Of a DNA stretch of 64,000 bases, positions 31,129 to 40,097 are shown piece by piece. Positions within the stretch are counted from its first letter, which is position 1, and every line of letters begins with the position of its first letter. Under the pieces are notes generated by a model, which was not told the origin of the DNA, searched no databases, and worked only from the letters and a program-made list of their open reading frames with translations. The stretch is from NCBI GenBank assembly GCA_965250285.1, contig OZ252299.1:5632001-5696000 (forward strand), given 5' to 3'. Made by a program: the position numbers and the translations under genes. The stretch is from Myxococcota bacterium (lineage in GTDB: Bacteria; Myxococcota_A; UBA9160; UBA4427).

Positions 31129-31157
31129 TGTATCACGTTGTGTCACGTTGTGATGCA
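31129..31157 (+). promoter_or_regulatory. Putative operator: tandem 10-bp direct repeat inside an imperfect inverted repeat
   Basis: tcacgttgtg occurs at 31133-31142 and 31143-31152, framed by tgtatcac...gtgatgca, directly abutting the ATG at 31157. Confidence 0.5.
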
Positions 31158-31894
31158 TGGACACACATGATGATCGCGACTTCGAGAAGGGCGGCGCCGC
31201 AGAGCCGGAGAGCGACGACCCCACGCGCCGGGAGCAGGCCCGTGAGGCGGGCGACAAGCGGGAGCGCCGCGAGGAGCGCTCGGGCAGCGGCTGCGGCTCG
31301 CGCGAGCGGCATCGACGCCACCGGCGTCATCGTCGACACCACCGCCACGGGGGCCGCAAGGAGCGGGTGCTGCACACCCGGGTCTCCGAGCAGCTGTCCG
31401 AGGACATTCGCCGCCTGGCCGACGATCTGCGCGTGCCGGCCTCGAACCTGGTGCGCAACGTGCTCGAAGAGGTCTTCACCGTCGTCGAGAACGTGAGCGA
31501 CGACATGGGCGGCCTCTTCGAGGATCTGGTCGAGGAGGCCGAAGGGGCGCGGGATCGGCTGCGCGAGCGAGAGCGACGCGGTCGACGCCGATCGCGCTCA
31601 CGGCGCCGAACGCGCCGCGACTTCGACGACGACGTCGAAGCCGAGCTGCGCGACGACGAACGCGAAGAGGCGTCGGACCGTGAAGACGATGCCGCTGCCG
31701 CGAGCCGCGAGCCGGATCGGCCCGACGAGCCCGCGTTCCCCGACGTGCTCGGCTGGCAGCCCCTCGTGCTGAACCACGCGCGCGTGTGTGCGCGCTGCGG
31801 GGCCGAGCTGTCGCGCGGCCACCGGGGCTTCATCGGCGTGACGGCGAACGGCCTCTCCGACATCATGCTCTGTCGCTCGTGCGTCGGTACCTAG
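31157..31894 (+). CDS. Hypothetical protein with a ribbon-helix-helix-like segment and a C-terminal Cys4 zinc finger
   Basis: KERVLHTRVSEQLSEDIRRLADDLRVPASNLVRNVLEE (strand-helix-helix pattern) and CARC...CRSC, with charged low-complexity linkers. Confidence 0.7.
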   Translation: MDTHDDRDFEKGGAAEPESDDPTRREQAREAGDKRERREERSGSGCGSRERHRRHRRHRRHHRHGGRKERVLHTRVSEQLSEDIRRLADDLRVPASNLVRNVLEEVFTVVENVSDDMGGLFEDLVEEAEGARDRLRERERRGRRRSRSRRRTRRDFDDDVEAELRDDEREEASDREDDAAAASREPDRPDEPAFPDVLGWQPLVLNHARVCARCGAELSRGHRGFIGVTANGLSDIMLCRSCVGT

Positions 31895-32004
31895 TCGGGC
31901 GCCCGGCCCGCTGAACGGTACGCTTCACGCGGCCCTCTCGGCGACGGGATCGATGCGATCCGGCCGGCCCGGTGGGCTCACCCGGGCCTCGGAGAGCGAC
32001 CGAC

Positions 32005-32991
32005 ATGACGAGCGTGCACGACCTGCGGACCCCGGCGCTGTTGCTCGATGTGCCGGCCTTCGAGCACAACCTGCGCACGATGGCCGACGCACTGCCGGGC
32101 TCACGCATGCGTCCGCACGTGAAGGCCCACAAGTGTACGGCGCTCGCGAAGCGCCAGTTCGAAGCGGGGCACCGGGCCTTCTGCGCGGCGGTCCCGCGTG
32201 AGATCGAAGGACTCGCCGCGGCCGGGCTTGGTGAAGACCTGCTGCTCGCCAACGAAACCCTCGATACCAAGCGACTGGGCGCGCTCGATGCGCGCGTGAC
32301 GATCGCCGTCGACTCGCCCGAGACGATCGCGGCCGTTGCCGAAGGCGGTCTGCGCGAAGTCTTGATCGACGTCAACGTCGGCCTGCCGCGTTGCGGCTGT
32401 CGGCCGGAGGATGCGGGGCGCCTCGCCGACGCGGCGCGAAAGCGGGGCCTCGAGGTGCGCGGTGTGATGGGGTACGAGGGGCACATCGTGGGCCTGGCCG
32501 AGCGCGACAAGCGCGAGGCCGGCTGCAAGAAGAGCATGGAGCTGCTCGCTTCGGCCCACGCCGACGTCGGGGGCGAGATCGTTTCGGCCGGCGGCACCGG
32601 AACGTTCGACTTGAACGATGTGGCCACTGAAATTCAAGCAGGTTCGTACGTGCTGATGGATACGGCGTACTCGAAGCTCGGGCTCCCGTTTCGCCCGGCG
32701 CTGCAGCTCCTGGCCACCGTCGTTTCGGTGTCGGCCGACTGGGCGGTGGCCGACACGGGCCTCAAGTCGCTCGGGATGGACCACGGCAACCCCGAGATCG
32801 AGCATGGCCGCGTGCTGTTCTGCTCGGACGAGCACGTCACGTTCGTCCCCGAGACGCCGGTCTGCGTCGGCGACAAGCTGCGGGTGGCGCCCGCCCACTG
32901 CGACCCGACGGCGGCGTACCACGAGCGCTACGCGCTCGTCGAGGGCGAGCAGGTGGTCGATTCGTGGGGGATCGACCTGCGGGGCTGGTAG
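32005..32991 (+). CDS. PLP-dependent alanine racemase-fold enzyme (D-threonine aldolase/DSD1 family)
   Basis: TPALLLD, RPHVKAHK, GYEGH, GGTGT, EIQAGSY, DEH and HCDPT. Confidence 0.9.
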   Translation: MTSVHDLRTPALLLDVPAFEHNLRTMADALPGSRMRPHVKAHKCTALAKRQFEAGHRAFCAAVPREIEGLAAAGLGEDLLLANETLDTKRLGALDARVTIAVDSPETIAAVAEGGLREVLIDVNVGLPRCGCRPEDAGRLADAARKRGLEVRGVMGYEGHIVGLAERDKREAGCKKSMELLASAHADVGGEIVSAGGTGTFDLNDVATEIQAGSYVLMDTAYSKLGLPFRPALQLLATVVSVSADWAVADTGLKSLGMDHGNPEIEHGRVLFCSDEHVTFVPETPVCVGDKLRVAPAHCDPTAAYHERYALVEGEQVVDSWGIDLRGW

Positions 32992-33152
32992 GCGAGGGCG
33001 AGCGGGCCGCGAGACGAGGCAGCGCCGTGCCCGATCGGCGGGCAGGGCAGAGCCGGGGCTCCGCGCGCCCGCGGCGAGGATCGGCTGAATTCAGCGATAT
33101 ACTGCAGGTCCCGGCCCATCTGACTGGCATGTGGCTTGCTTGAGTAGACCGA

Positions 33153-34661
33153 ATGCCTCCCCCGCCTCCGGATACGTCCTCAGACTCGGATCGCGCCGAA
33201 GCCCTGGGCTACCGCGGTCTCCCGAATCACTTCGACGGCCTCGTCGACGAACACGGCGAGGTGCGCGCCGCGTCGAAGATGCTCGACCGGGCCCTCAAGG
33301 AGCTGGGCGTCGAGGGGCTCGAGGAGGTGCAGCGAAACGCCGAGCTGTCGCTCCTGAACCAGGGCATCACGTTCACCGTCTACGCCGACGATCGCGGCAC
33401 CGAGAAGATCTTTCCCGTCGACGTGATCCCGCGCATCGTCACGGCGAAGCGTTGGGCGCACATCGAGGCGGGGCTGCAGCAGCGGCTGCGCGCCCTGAAC
33501 ATGTTCCTTCGCGATCTCTACGGCGAGCAGCGCATTCTGCGCGATGGCGTCGTGCCCACCGATCTGGTGGTCAACTCACAGCACTTCTGTCGCTCGATCG
33601 TCGGGTCGAAGATCCCGGGTGACGTCTTCATTCACGTCTCGGGCACCGACCTGATCCTGGACGAAACGGGCAACCCGCTCGTGCTCGAGGACAACCTGCG
33701 CGTGCCGTCGGGTGTCTCGTACGTGCTCGAGAATCGGATCGTGATGTCGCGGGTGCTCCCCGAGCTCTTGCAGAGCTACCGGGTTCGGCAGGTCGATCAG
33801 TATCCCCAGATGCTGCTCTCGGCGCTGCGGTCGCTGGCGCCCGATCCCCAGGCCGAGATCGCCGTGCTCACCCCGGGCATCTACAACTCGGCCTACTTCG
33901 AGCACTCGTTCCTCGCCGCACAGATGGGCGTGCAGCTGGTCGAGGGGCGCGATCTCGTCGTCGACGACGACGTGCTCTACATGAAGACGACGTCGGGCAT
34001 GCGTCGCATCGACGTGCTGTATCGCCGCGTCGACGACGCCTTTCTCGACCCGATCGCGTTCCGGCCCGACAGCGTGCTCGGTGTGCCGGGCCTGATGAGC
34101 GCGTACCGCGCCGGCAACGTCGTGCTGGCGAACGCGCCGGGGGCCGGCGTCGTCGACGACAAGGCGATGTATGCCTACGTGCCGCGAGCGATCCGCTACT
34201 ACCTCGAAGAAGAGCCGATTCTCGATCAGGTACCGACGTACCTGTGCCGCGAGTCCGACGGCCTCGCCTACGTGCTCGATCATCTCGAAGAGCTCGTGCT
34301 CAAGCCCACCGATGGGTCGGGTGGATACGGCCTGCTCGTCGGCACGGCGGCGACGAAGGACGAGCTCGCCGAGGCGCGGGCGGCGATCCGAGAAGAGCCC
34401 GAGCACTTCATTGCTCAGCCGATCCAGAAGCTCTCGACCCTGCCGACGCTCGTGGGTGAGGGCTCGCGTGAGGTCGCGCCGCGCCACGTCGATCTGCGCC
34501 CGTTCTCGGTCTGCAGCGCCCGCGAGCGCGTGGACGTACTGCCTGGCGGGCTGACGCGCGTCGCCCTGCGTGAGGGGAGCCTGATCGTCAACTCGTCGCA
34601 GGGTGGGGGCAGTAAGGATACCTGGGTGCTCTACGACGATGGGGAGTCGACCCATGCTTAG
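33153..34661 (+). CDS. Circularly permuted type 2 ATP-grasp protein
   Basis: GITFTVY, LEDNLRVPSGVSY, LTPGIYNSAYFEH, YRRVDDAFLDP, GLTRVAL and VNSSQGGGSKDTW. Confidence 0.95.
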   Translation: MPPPPPDTSSDSDRAEALGYRGLPNHFDGLVDEHGEVRAASKMLDRALKELGVEGLEEVQRNAELSLLNQGITFTVYADDRGTEKIFPVDVIPRIVTAKRWAHIEAGLQQRLRALNMFLRDLYGEQRILRDGVVPTDLVVNSQHFCRSIVGSKIPGDVFIHVSGTDLILDETGNPLVLEDNLRVPSGVSYVLENRIVMSRVLPELLQSYRVRQVDQYPQMLLSALRSLAPDPQAEIAVLTPGIYNSAYFEHSFLAAQMGVQLVEGRDLVVDDDVLYMKTTSGMRRIDVLYRRVDDAFLDPIAFRPDSVLGVPGLMSAYRAGNVVLANAPGAGVVDDKAMYAYVPRAIRYYLEEEPILDQVPTYLCRESDGLAYVLDHLEELVLKPTDGSGGYGLLVGTAATKDELAEARAAIREEPEHFIAQPIQKLSTLPTLVGEGSREVAPRHVDLRPFSVCSARERVDVLPGGLTRVALREGSLIVNSSQGGGSKDTWVLYDDGESTHA

Positions 34662-35694
34662 TCGCATTGCGCGTGGCCTCTACGGCCTCGGCCGTGAAGT
34701 CGAGCGCGCACAGAACGTGATTCGCGTGCTCGAAGTCAACCACAAGATGAACCTCGAACGCGCCGCGGTCGACGAGGCCAACGTCTGGAGCGCCATCGCC
34801 GACGCGTTCGGTTGTTGCGAGGACCAGCCCGACGAGCGCAGTCTCTATGACTGTCTCGTGCTGTCGGACGATCACGACTACTCGGTGCGCCGCTGCATTC
34901 ACAGCGCGCGCGACGAGGGTCGGTCGATGCGCGACCACATCAGCGAGGAGATGTGGCTCCACTTGAATCGGACGTGGCTCGACCTGGCCGATCTCAGCTT
35001 CACCCGCGTGCTGCGGATGGGGCGCTCCGAGTTCAACCGGCAGATCGAGGTGTTCTGCGACGCCTTCCACGGGCTGGCCGACGACACGATGATTCGCGGC
35101 GAGTCGTGGGCGTTCCTGCGGTCGGGCAAGCTGTTCGAGCGCGCGCTGCTCATCTGCCGGATCCTCGAGATCAAGCGGAAGTCGCTGGCGTTGGCTACCA
35201 CGACGGTCGGCGACCCGCTCGAGGTGCATCAGTGGCAGGCGCTGCTGCGTTCGCTGTCGGGCTACGAGCCCTACCGTCGGGCGTACGACGCGCGGATCAT
35301 TCCGCACCGGGTACTCGAGTTCGTGTTGCAGCGCGCCGACTTTCCAAGGTCGCTGGCGTGCACGCTCTACGGTCTGCAGTCGACGCTCGGTGAGATGAAC
35401 GGCGCCAACGCGCGGCAGACCCACGTCGCGGTCGATCTCGACCGTCTCATCAAGCAGGTCGGCGCGATCGACACCGACGAGATCGTCCGCTCGGGCAGCT
35501 TCGAGCACGAGCTGCACTGGATCGAAGAGCGCCTGGTCGCTCTCATTGCCGACTTCGAGATGGGCTACTTCACGAGCTCGCGACCGGCGTCGGAGCCGAT
35601 TACGGCCGCACCGGGGGCCGCGCTGGTGCCACAGCAGCAGCAACAGCAGCAGCGGCCCCGACAGATGCGTTTCGCCGGGAGGACTGCACAGTGA
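34654..35694 (+). CDS. Alpha-E domain protein (DUF403)
   Basis: MLSRIARGLYGLGREVERA, ISEEMW, GKLFERA, WQALLRS and FPRSL. Overlaps the ATP-grasp stop and has a C-terminal poly-Gln tract. Confidence 0.92.
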   Translation: MLSRIARGLYGLGREVERAQNVIRVLEVNHKMNLERAAVDEANVWSAIADAFGCCEDQPDERSLYDCLVLSDDHDYSVRRCIHSARDEGRSMRDHISEEMWLHLNRTWLDLADLSFTRVLRMGRSEFNRQIEVFCDAFHGLADDTMIRGESWAFLRSGKLFERALLICRILEIKRKSLALATTTVGDPLEVHQWQALLRSLSGYEPYRRAYDARIIPHRVLEFVLQRADFPRSLACTLYGLQSTLGEMNGANARQTHVAVDLDRLIKQVGAIDTDEIVRSGSFEHELHWIEERLVALIADFEMGYFTSSRPASEPITAAPGAALVPQQQQQQQRPRQMRFAGRTAQ

Positions 35695-36566
35695 AGCCGT
35701 GGGATGCGAAGGGCATGGCGATGCTGCTCGTGACCCACGAGACGCGGCTCGCCTATGCCGAGCCCGTCGTCGAGGCGCACACCGAGATTCGCAAGACGCC
35801 GATCGATACGGGGCTGCAGCGGGTGGTGACCCACAAGGTCGACGTGTGGCCCCCCGCCAACGTCAAGTGGTATCGCGACTACTTCGACAGCTGGGTGCAC
35901 TACTTCAATCTGCTCGAGCCGCACTCGGAGCTGATGATCCGGGCCGAGGCCGTGGTCGAGACGGCCGATGCCGTCTGCTGCGGTCCGCAGCGAACCTTCG
36001 ACGACCGGCCCTGGCAGGCTCGCTTCGCCGAGTTCCTGCACTGGTCGCCTTCGGTGCCGCCCCTCGACGAGTACAATTCGATCGACAACCCGGTGCAGAG
36101 CGACCTCGGACCCGACGAGTTCCTCGATGCCTTGCGCGAGCTCGGCGCGATCTTCCAGGCCAAGTTCCGCTACGACCCCGAAGCGACCGACGTGAACTCG
36201 AGCCCGAAGGCGCTCTTCGAAGCCGGGGGGGGTGTCTGCCAGGATCTCGCCCACGCGATGATCGGGGTGCTGCGCACGCACGGCGTCGCATCGCGCTACG
36301 TCAGCGGGTACGTCTACGACCCGCTCGGCGATGATGAAGGCGATCACGTGCAGGGCGCTGCGGCGAGCCATGCGTGGGTGCAGGCCTGGCACCCCGAGCT
36401 GGGCTGGGTGGGGATCGACCCGACCAACCACAAGCTCGTCGACTGGCAGTACATCCGCGTCGCCGCCGGTCGCGACTACACTGACGTGCAGCCGCTGCGC
36501 GGCGTGTTCGTCGGCGCCGAAGAGCAGACGCTGAGCGTCGAGGTGAGCGTCCGTCGCATCGGGTAG
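35691..36566 (+). CDS. Transglutaminase-like protein
   Basis: Catalytic triad motifs GVCQD, SHAW and GIDPTN, plus RYVSGY and GRDYTDVQP. The start may be the ATG at 35715. Confidence 0.93.
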   Translation: MKPWDAKGMAMLLVTHETRLAYAEPVVEAHTEIRKTPIDTGLQRVVTHKVDVWPPANVKWYRDYFDSWVHYFNLLEPHSELMIRAEAVVETADAVCCGPQRTFDDRPWQARFAEFLHWSPSVPPLDEYNSIDNPVQSDLGPDEFLDALRELGAIFQAKFRYDPEATDVNSSPKALFEAGGGVCQDLAHAMIGVLRTHGVASRYVSGYVYDPLGDDEGDHVQGAAASHAWVQAWHPELGWVGIDPTNHKLVDWQYIRVAAGRDYTDVQPLRGVFVGAEEQTLSVEVSVRRIG

Positions 36567-36852
36567 CGACACGCGGTGTGCGCTCGGCTCGCGGGCCGAG
36601 GCAGTCGCCCCCGCTCTAGACCGTCCCGACGGCTCCACATGTCAATCGATGGGTCTCAGTCGACCCATTCGGCCCGCCCAATCGACACGCGCAGGCGATC
36701 TTGCTTGCCGATCCGCTCGGCCGATGATCCAATGACGATCGTCGCGATTCGCGTTCGCCTCGGTGCTGCGCGGATGAATCGATTGGGGTCGCGAGCACGA
36801 GACATCGGCGAGCGCCGAGCCGCGATGCTCTTCCGATCGGAGGAGGCAGGCC

Positions 36853-37290
36853 ATGAGGACCCGCGAGATCGTGTGGATCGTCGGCATTGCGGCGGCGCTC
36901 GGCGCAGTCGCGATCACGGCTTCCGTGGCAGGGACTGTCAACGACGTGGATGGAGACGGCGTCCCCGACGCGTACGACAACTGTGTGTTGGAGCCGAATG
37001 GGCCTTTGGCGGGCAAGTGTCGACTTCAGCAGGATGGCGACGAAGACGGCTTTGGGAACGCGTGCGATGCCGACTTCAACAACGACGGGGCGTGGGGCAT
37101 CGACGATATCTCGTACATGCTTGCGGAGATTGGGAGCACCGAGCCGCAGCTCGATTTGAACTGCGATGGAGCTGCAGGGGTCGACGATCTGTCCCGCATG
37201 CTGGAGAACCTCGGTGCCGTGCCCGGTCCATCGGGCCTGCCCTGCCAGGATTCGAATGCGTCCGGTTTGGGGACCTGCCCGCCGTACTGA
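36853..37290 (+). CDS. Small secreted Ca-binding protein: thrombospondin type-3-like repeats plus a dockerin-like domain
   Basis: GGAGG RBS and signal peptide. DVDGDGVPDAYDNC...QDGDEDGFGNACD, then paired DFNNDGAWGIDD and DLNCDGAAGVDD loops, ending PGPSG. Confidence 0.8.
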   Translation: MRTREIVWIVGIAAALGAVAITASVAGTVNDVDGDGVPDAYDNCVLEPNGPLAGKCRLQQDGDEDGFGNACDADFNNDGAWGIDDISYMLAEIGSTEPQLDLNCDGAAGVDDLSRMLENLGAVPGPSGLPCQDSNASGLGTCPPY

Positions 37291-37371
37291 GCGAGAACGC
37301 CGCGACAGCACTTCGGGCACTGCCCCGTCGCCCTGTGGTGTATGCTGATCCTCTCATCGGAGGCGATCGTC

Positions 37372-38526
37372 ATGCCGGCTTCCTCCCCCCTGGCCGACGG
37401 CGAAACGCTGCTCTTCGTCGGCACCTGCAAGGGCATCTTCTTTCTGCGTTCGAGCGATGCGCGCGCGAGCTTCAAGCTCGAGGGGCCGCACTTTCTCGGC
37501 CACCTCGCGTATCACGTCGTGCTCGATCCCCGCGATGGCCGCACCCTGCTCGCGGCGACGAAGACGGGCCATCTCGGCCCGGCGATCTTCCGCAGTGAAG
37601 ATCTCGGTCGGACGTGGCAAGAGGTCGCCCAGCCGCCTGCCTTCCCGAAAGTGCCCGACGGCGAGACGGGCCGGGTCGTTGATCACGCATTCTGGCTGCA
37701 GCCCTCGACCGCCGCCGAGCCCGGGGTCTGGTACGCCGGCACGTCGCCCCCCGCGCTGTTTCGAAGTGAGGACGCCGGGCGATCGTGGCACCCGGTGGCC
37801 GGCTTCAACGATCACCCCAAGTGGGGCGACTGGACGGAGGAGGGGGCCGACGGCACACCCGATGGATCGATCCTGCACTCGATCACCGTCGACCCCCGCG
37901 ACTCGGCGCATCTCTACGTCGGCTGCTCGGGCGGAGGCGTCTTCGAGAGCACGGATGCGGGCGCGGCGTGGCATCCCCTGAACGCGGGCTGCGAGGCGAA
38001 CTTCAACCCCGACCCGAATCCCGAGTACGGCCACGACCCCCACTGCCTGCGCGTGCATCCGGCGAAGCCCGACGTGCTCTGGCAGCAGAACCACTGCGGC
38101 ATCTACCGCATGGATCGAAACGAAGGGGTGTGGGAGCGCATTGGCAACGCGATGCCCCCGGATGTCGGCGACATCGGGTTCCCGATCGAGCTGCACCCGC
38201 GCGACCCCGATACGGCGTGGGTCTATCCGATGGACGGCTCGGACGTGTGGCCGCGGACGTGCCCGGGCGGCCGGCCGGCGGTGTATCGCACGCGCGATCG
38301 CGGGCAGAGCTGGCAACGCCTCGACGCCGGCCTGCCGCCCGAGCACGCCTGGCTGACGGTGCTGCGGCAGGCGATGGCGGTCGACGATCACGACCCGACC
38401 GGGGTCTACTTCGGGACGACGACGGGCGAGATCTTCGCCAGCGCCGACGAGGGCGAGTCGTGGCGCTCGATCGCGCGTCATCTGCCGCACGTGTTCAGCG
38501 TCGAAGTCGCGAGGGCGCCGGCGTGA
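37372..38526 (+). CDS. BNR/Asp-box beta-propeller protein (sialidase/YCF48-like), no signal peptide
   Basis: Asp-boxes SEDLGRTW, SEDAGRSW, STDAGAAW, TRDRGQSW and SADEGESW; WQQNHCGIYR and IGFP. ATG after GGAGG. Confidence 0.88.
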   Translation: MPASSPLADGETLLFVGTCKGIFFLRSSDARASFKLEGPHFLGHLAYHVVLDPRDGRTLLAATKTGHLGPAIFRSEDLGRTWQEVAQPPAFPKVPDGETGRVVDHAFWLQPSTAAEPGVWYAGTSPPALFRSEDAGRSWHPVAGFNDHPKWGDWTEEGADGTPDGSILHSITVDPRDSAHLYVGCSGGGVFESTDAGAAWHPLNAGCEANFNPDPNPEYGHDPHCLRVHPAKPDVLWQQNHCGIYRMDRNEGVWERIGNAMPPDVGDIGFPIELHPRDPDTAWVYPMDGSDVWPRTCPGGRPAVYRTRDRGQSWQRLDAGLPPEHAWLTVLRQAMAVDDHDPTGVYFGTTTGEIFASADEGESWRSIARHLPHVFSVEVARAPA

Positions 38527-38780
38527 GGGTGCGCATCCCGACGCCGCTGCAGTCGTACACCGAGGGCGTCGAGGTCGACGCCGACGGGGGGACGGTGGCC
38601 GAGCTGCTCGCCGACCTCGATCGGCGCTATCCCGGCATCCGCCACCGCATGATCGACGAGCAGGACGGGATCCGTCCGCACATGCGCATCTTCGTGAACC
38701 GCGAGCGCGTCGTATCGATCGAGTCGGTGCTCGAGCTCGGCGACGAGATTCAGATTCTGCAGGCGCTGTCGGGGGGGTAG
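38523..38780 (+). CDS. MoaD/ThiS family ubiquitin-like protein
   Basis: GTG start overlapping the upstream TGA. 85 aa, RVRIPTPLQSYT...TVAELLADLDRRYPG...IFVN...GDEIQILQALSGG, ending in di-glycine. Confidence 0.92.
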   Translation: MRVRIPTPLQSYTEGVEVDADGGTVAELLADLDRRYPGIRHRMIDEQDGIRPHMRIFVNRERVVSIESVLELGDEIQILQALSGG

Positions 38781-38907
38781 GGCGAGTGTGGCGCGCCATG
38801 CGTCGGAACCGACGCATCCGAATGCCACGCATCGACGCGATGACGTGCGACACTGTAGGAGCCGACGCCGGCCGCCGAGCCACGGCCCGCGCGAGGAGGC
38901 CCGCCCG

Positions 38908-39582
38908 ATGCGTTCGCAGCTCTTCCGTTTCTGGCTCGTCGTGATCGCGATGCTCATGGTCTCGCCCGCGGCGAGTGCGATCTCTCTGAGGATGATTCCG
39001 ACCAGCGGCGATCCGACGTGGCTGATCCCGGGCGAATCGTTCACCGTCGCGCTCGTGCTCGATACCGAGGGGACGATCGGCATCGAATCCTTCTCGGTGG
39101 GACTGACGTTCGATCCCGAGGTCATCACCTACAACGTCGGCGAGTCGGATCTGACGGACTGGGTGCTCTACACATGGAACGGGGGCAAGACGCCGACGTG
39201 GCTCGAGCCGACGCACGAGCCTCCGTTGTACTCGCCCACGGCGCTGTACCCGATGTACGCCCAGCTCAATCTGGCGTTCATCGAACCGAACCTGAGATCG
39301 ACCGACGTGGCAGGGGACGGGATCGTGCTCGGTCACCTGAGATTCGATCAGCGCCCGAACCAGATGGGCGAGGTCTCACCGCTCTTACTCGGCTTCTTCG
39401 GCGGGGGAACGCACTTCCTGGTCGATGGTGCGGACGTGTCCGACGAGGTGAGTCTCAACGAGTTCTTCGTGCTCATTGCGCCCGAGCCCGGCACCGCACT
39501 GCTCGTGGGCGCCGGGCTCTTCGGTCTGGGCGCCGCGGCGCGGCGGCGATCGAAGCGGCCCGGGCGACCACCCGCGCCCTAG
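38908..39582 (+). CDS. PEP-CTERM protein with a cohesin-like domain
   Basis: AGGAGG RBS and signal peptide. PGESFTVALVLD...ESFSVGLTFDPEVITY...GDGIVLGHLRF, and C-terminal APEPGTALLVGAGLFGLGAAARRR. Confidence 0.8.
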   Translation: MRSQLFRFWLVVIAMLMVSPAASAISLRMIPTSGDPTWLIPGESFTVALVLDTEGTIGIESFSVGLTFDPEVITYNVGESDLTDWVLYTWNGGKTPTWLEPTHEPPLYSPTALYPMYAQLNLAFIEPNLRSTDVAGDGIVLGHLRFDQRPNQMGEVSPLLLGFFGGGTHFLVDGADVSDEVSLNEFFVLIAPEPGTALLVGAGLFGLGAAARRRSKRPGRPPAP

Positions 39583-39896
39583 CGCTCGGGCACCTCGATG
39601 CGCGGCTTCTCGTCGTTTCGGCGATAGAGGATCACCGTGTGGCCGACGAGGCCGCACAGCTCGGCGCGGCCCATCCGGGCCAGCTCGGCCGCAGCGGCCT
39701 TCTTGTCGTCGGGCCGGTGCAGCTTGACTTTCACGAGCTCGTGGTGCTCGAGCGCATCGTCGAGTGCGCGGCCGACCGCATCGGAGAGGCCGCCATCGCC
39801 CACCGAGACGACGGGCTTCAGCCCGTGCGCGAGCTTGCGCAGGTGCTTGCGCTGATAGCCGGCGAGCGTGCCGGGGTTCGGGGCTGAGTCGGTCAT
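39579..39896 (-). CDS. yhbY: CRM-domain RNA-binding protein YhbY
   Basis: QRKHLRKLAHGLKPVVSVGDGG, ALEHHELVKVK and VGHTVILYR. Confidence 0.93.
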   Translation of the reverse strand: MTDSAPNPGTLAGYQRKHLRKLAHGLKPVVSVGDGGLSDAVGRALDDALEHHELVKVKLHRPDDKKAAAAELARMGRAELCGLVGHTVILYRRNDEKPRIEVPER

Positions 39897-40097
39897 GGGG
39901 GGTCTCCGCAGCCGGGGCGGGGCGAGCAGGGCGGGCCTCGGCGAGCGCGGCAGGGTAGCGGGGCCGGCCCCGACCTGCCCCGCCGTCGGCTGCGATGGGA
40001 GCGGAATTTCGCAGCGTGAGGTGAAGGGGGCATCCGCTCGGCGAGGTGCGGGTCTTGCTCAGGGCGCCCCTTCGAGGTGCCGATAACGGGCGGCATC

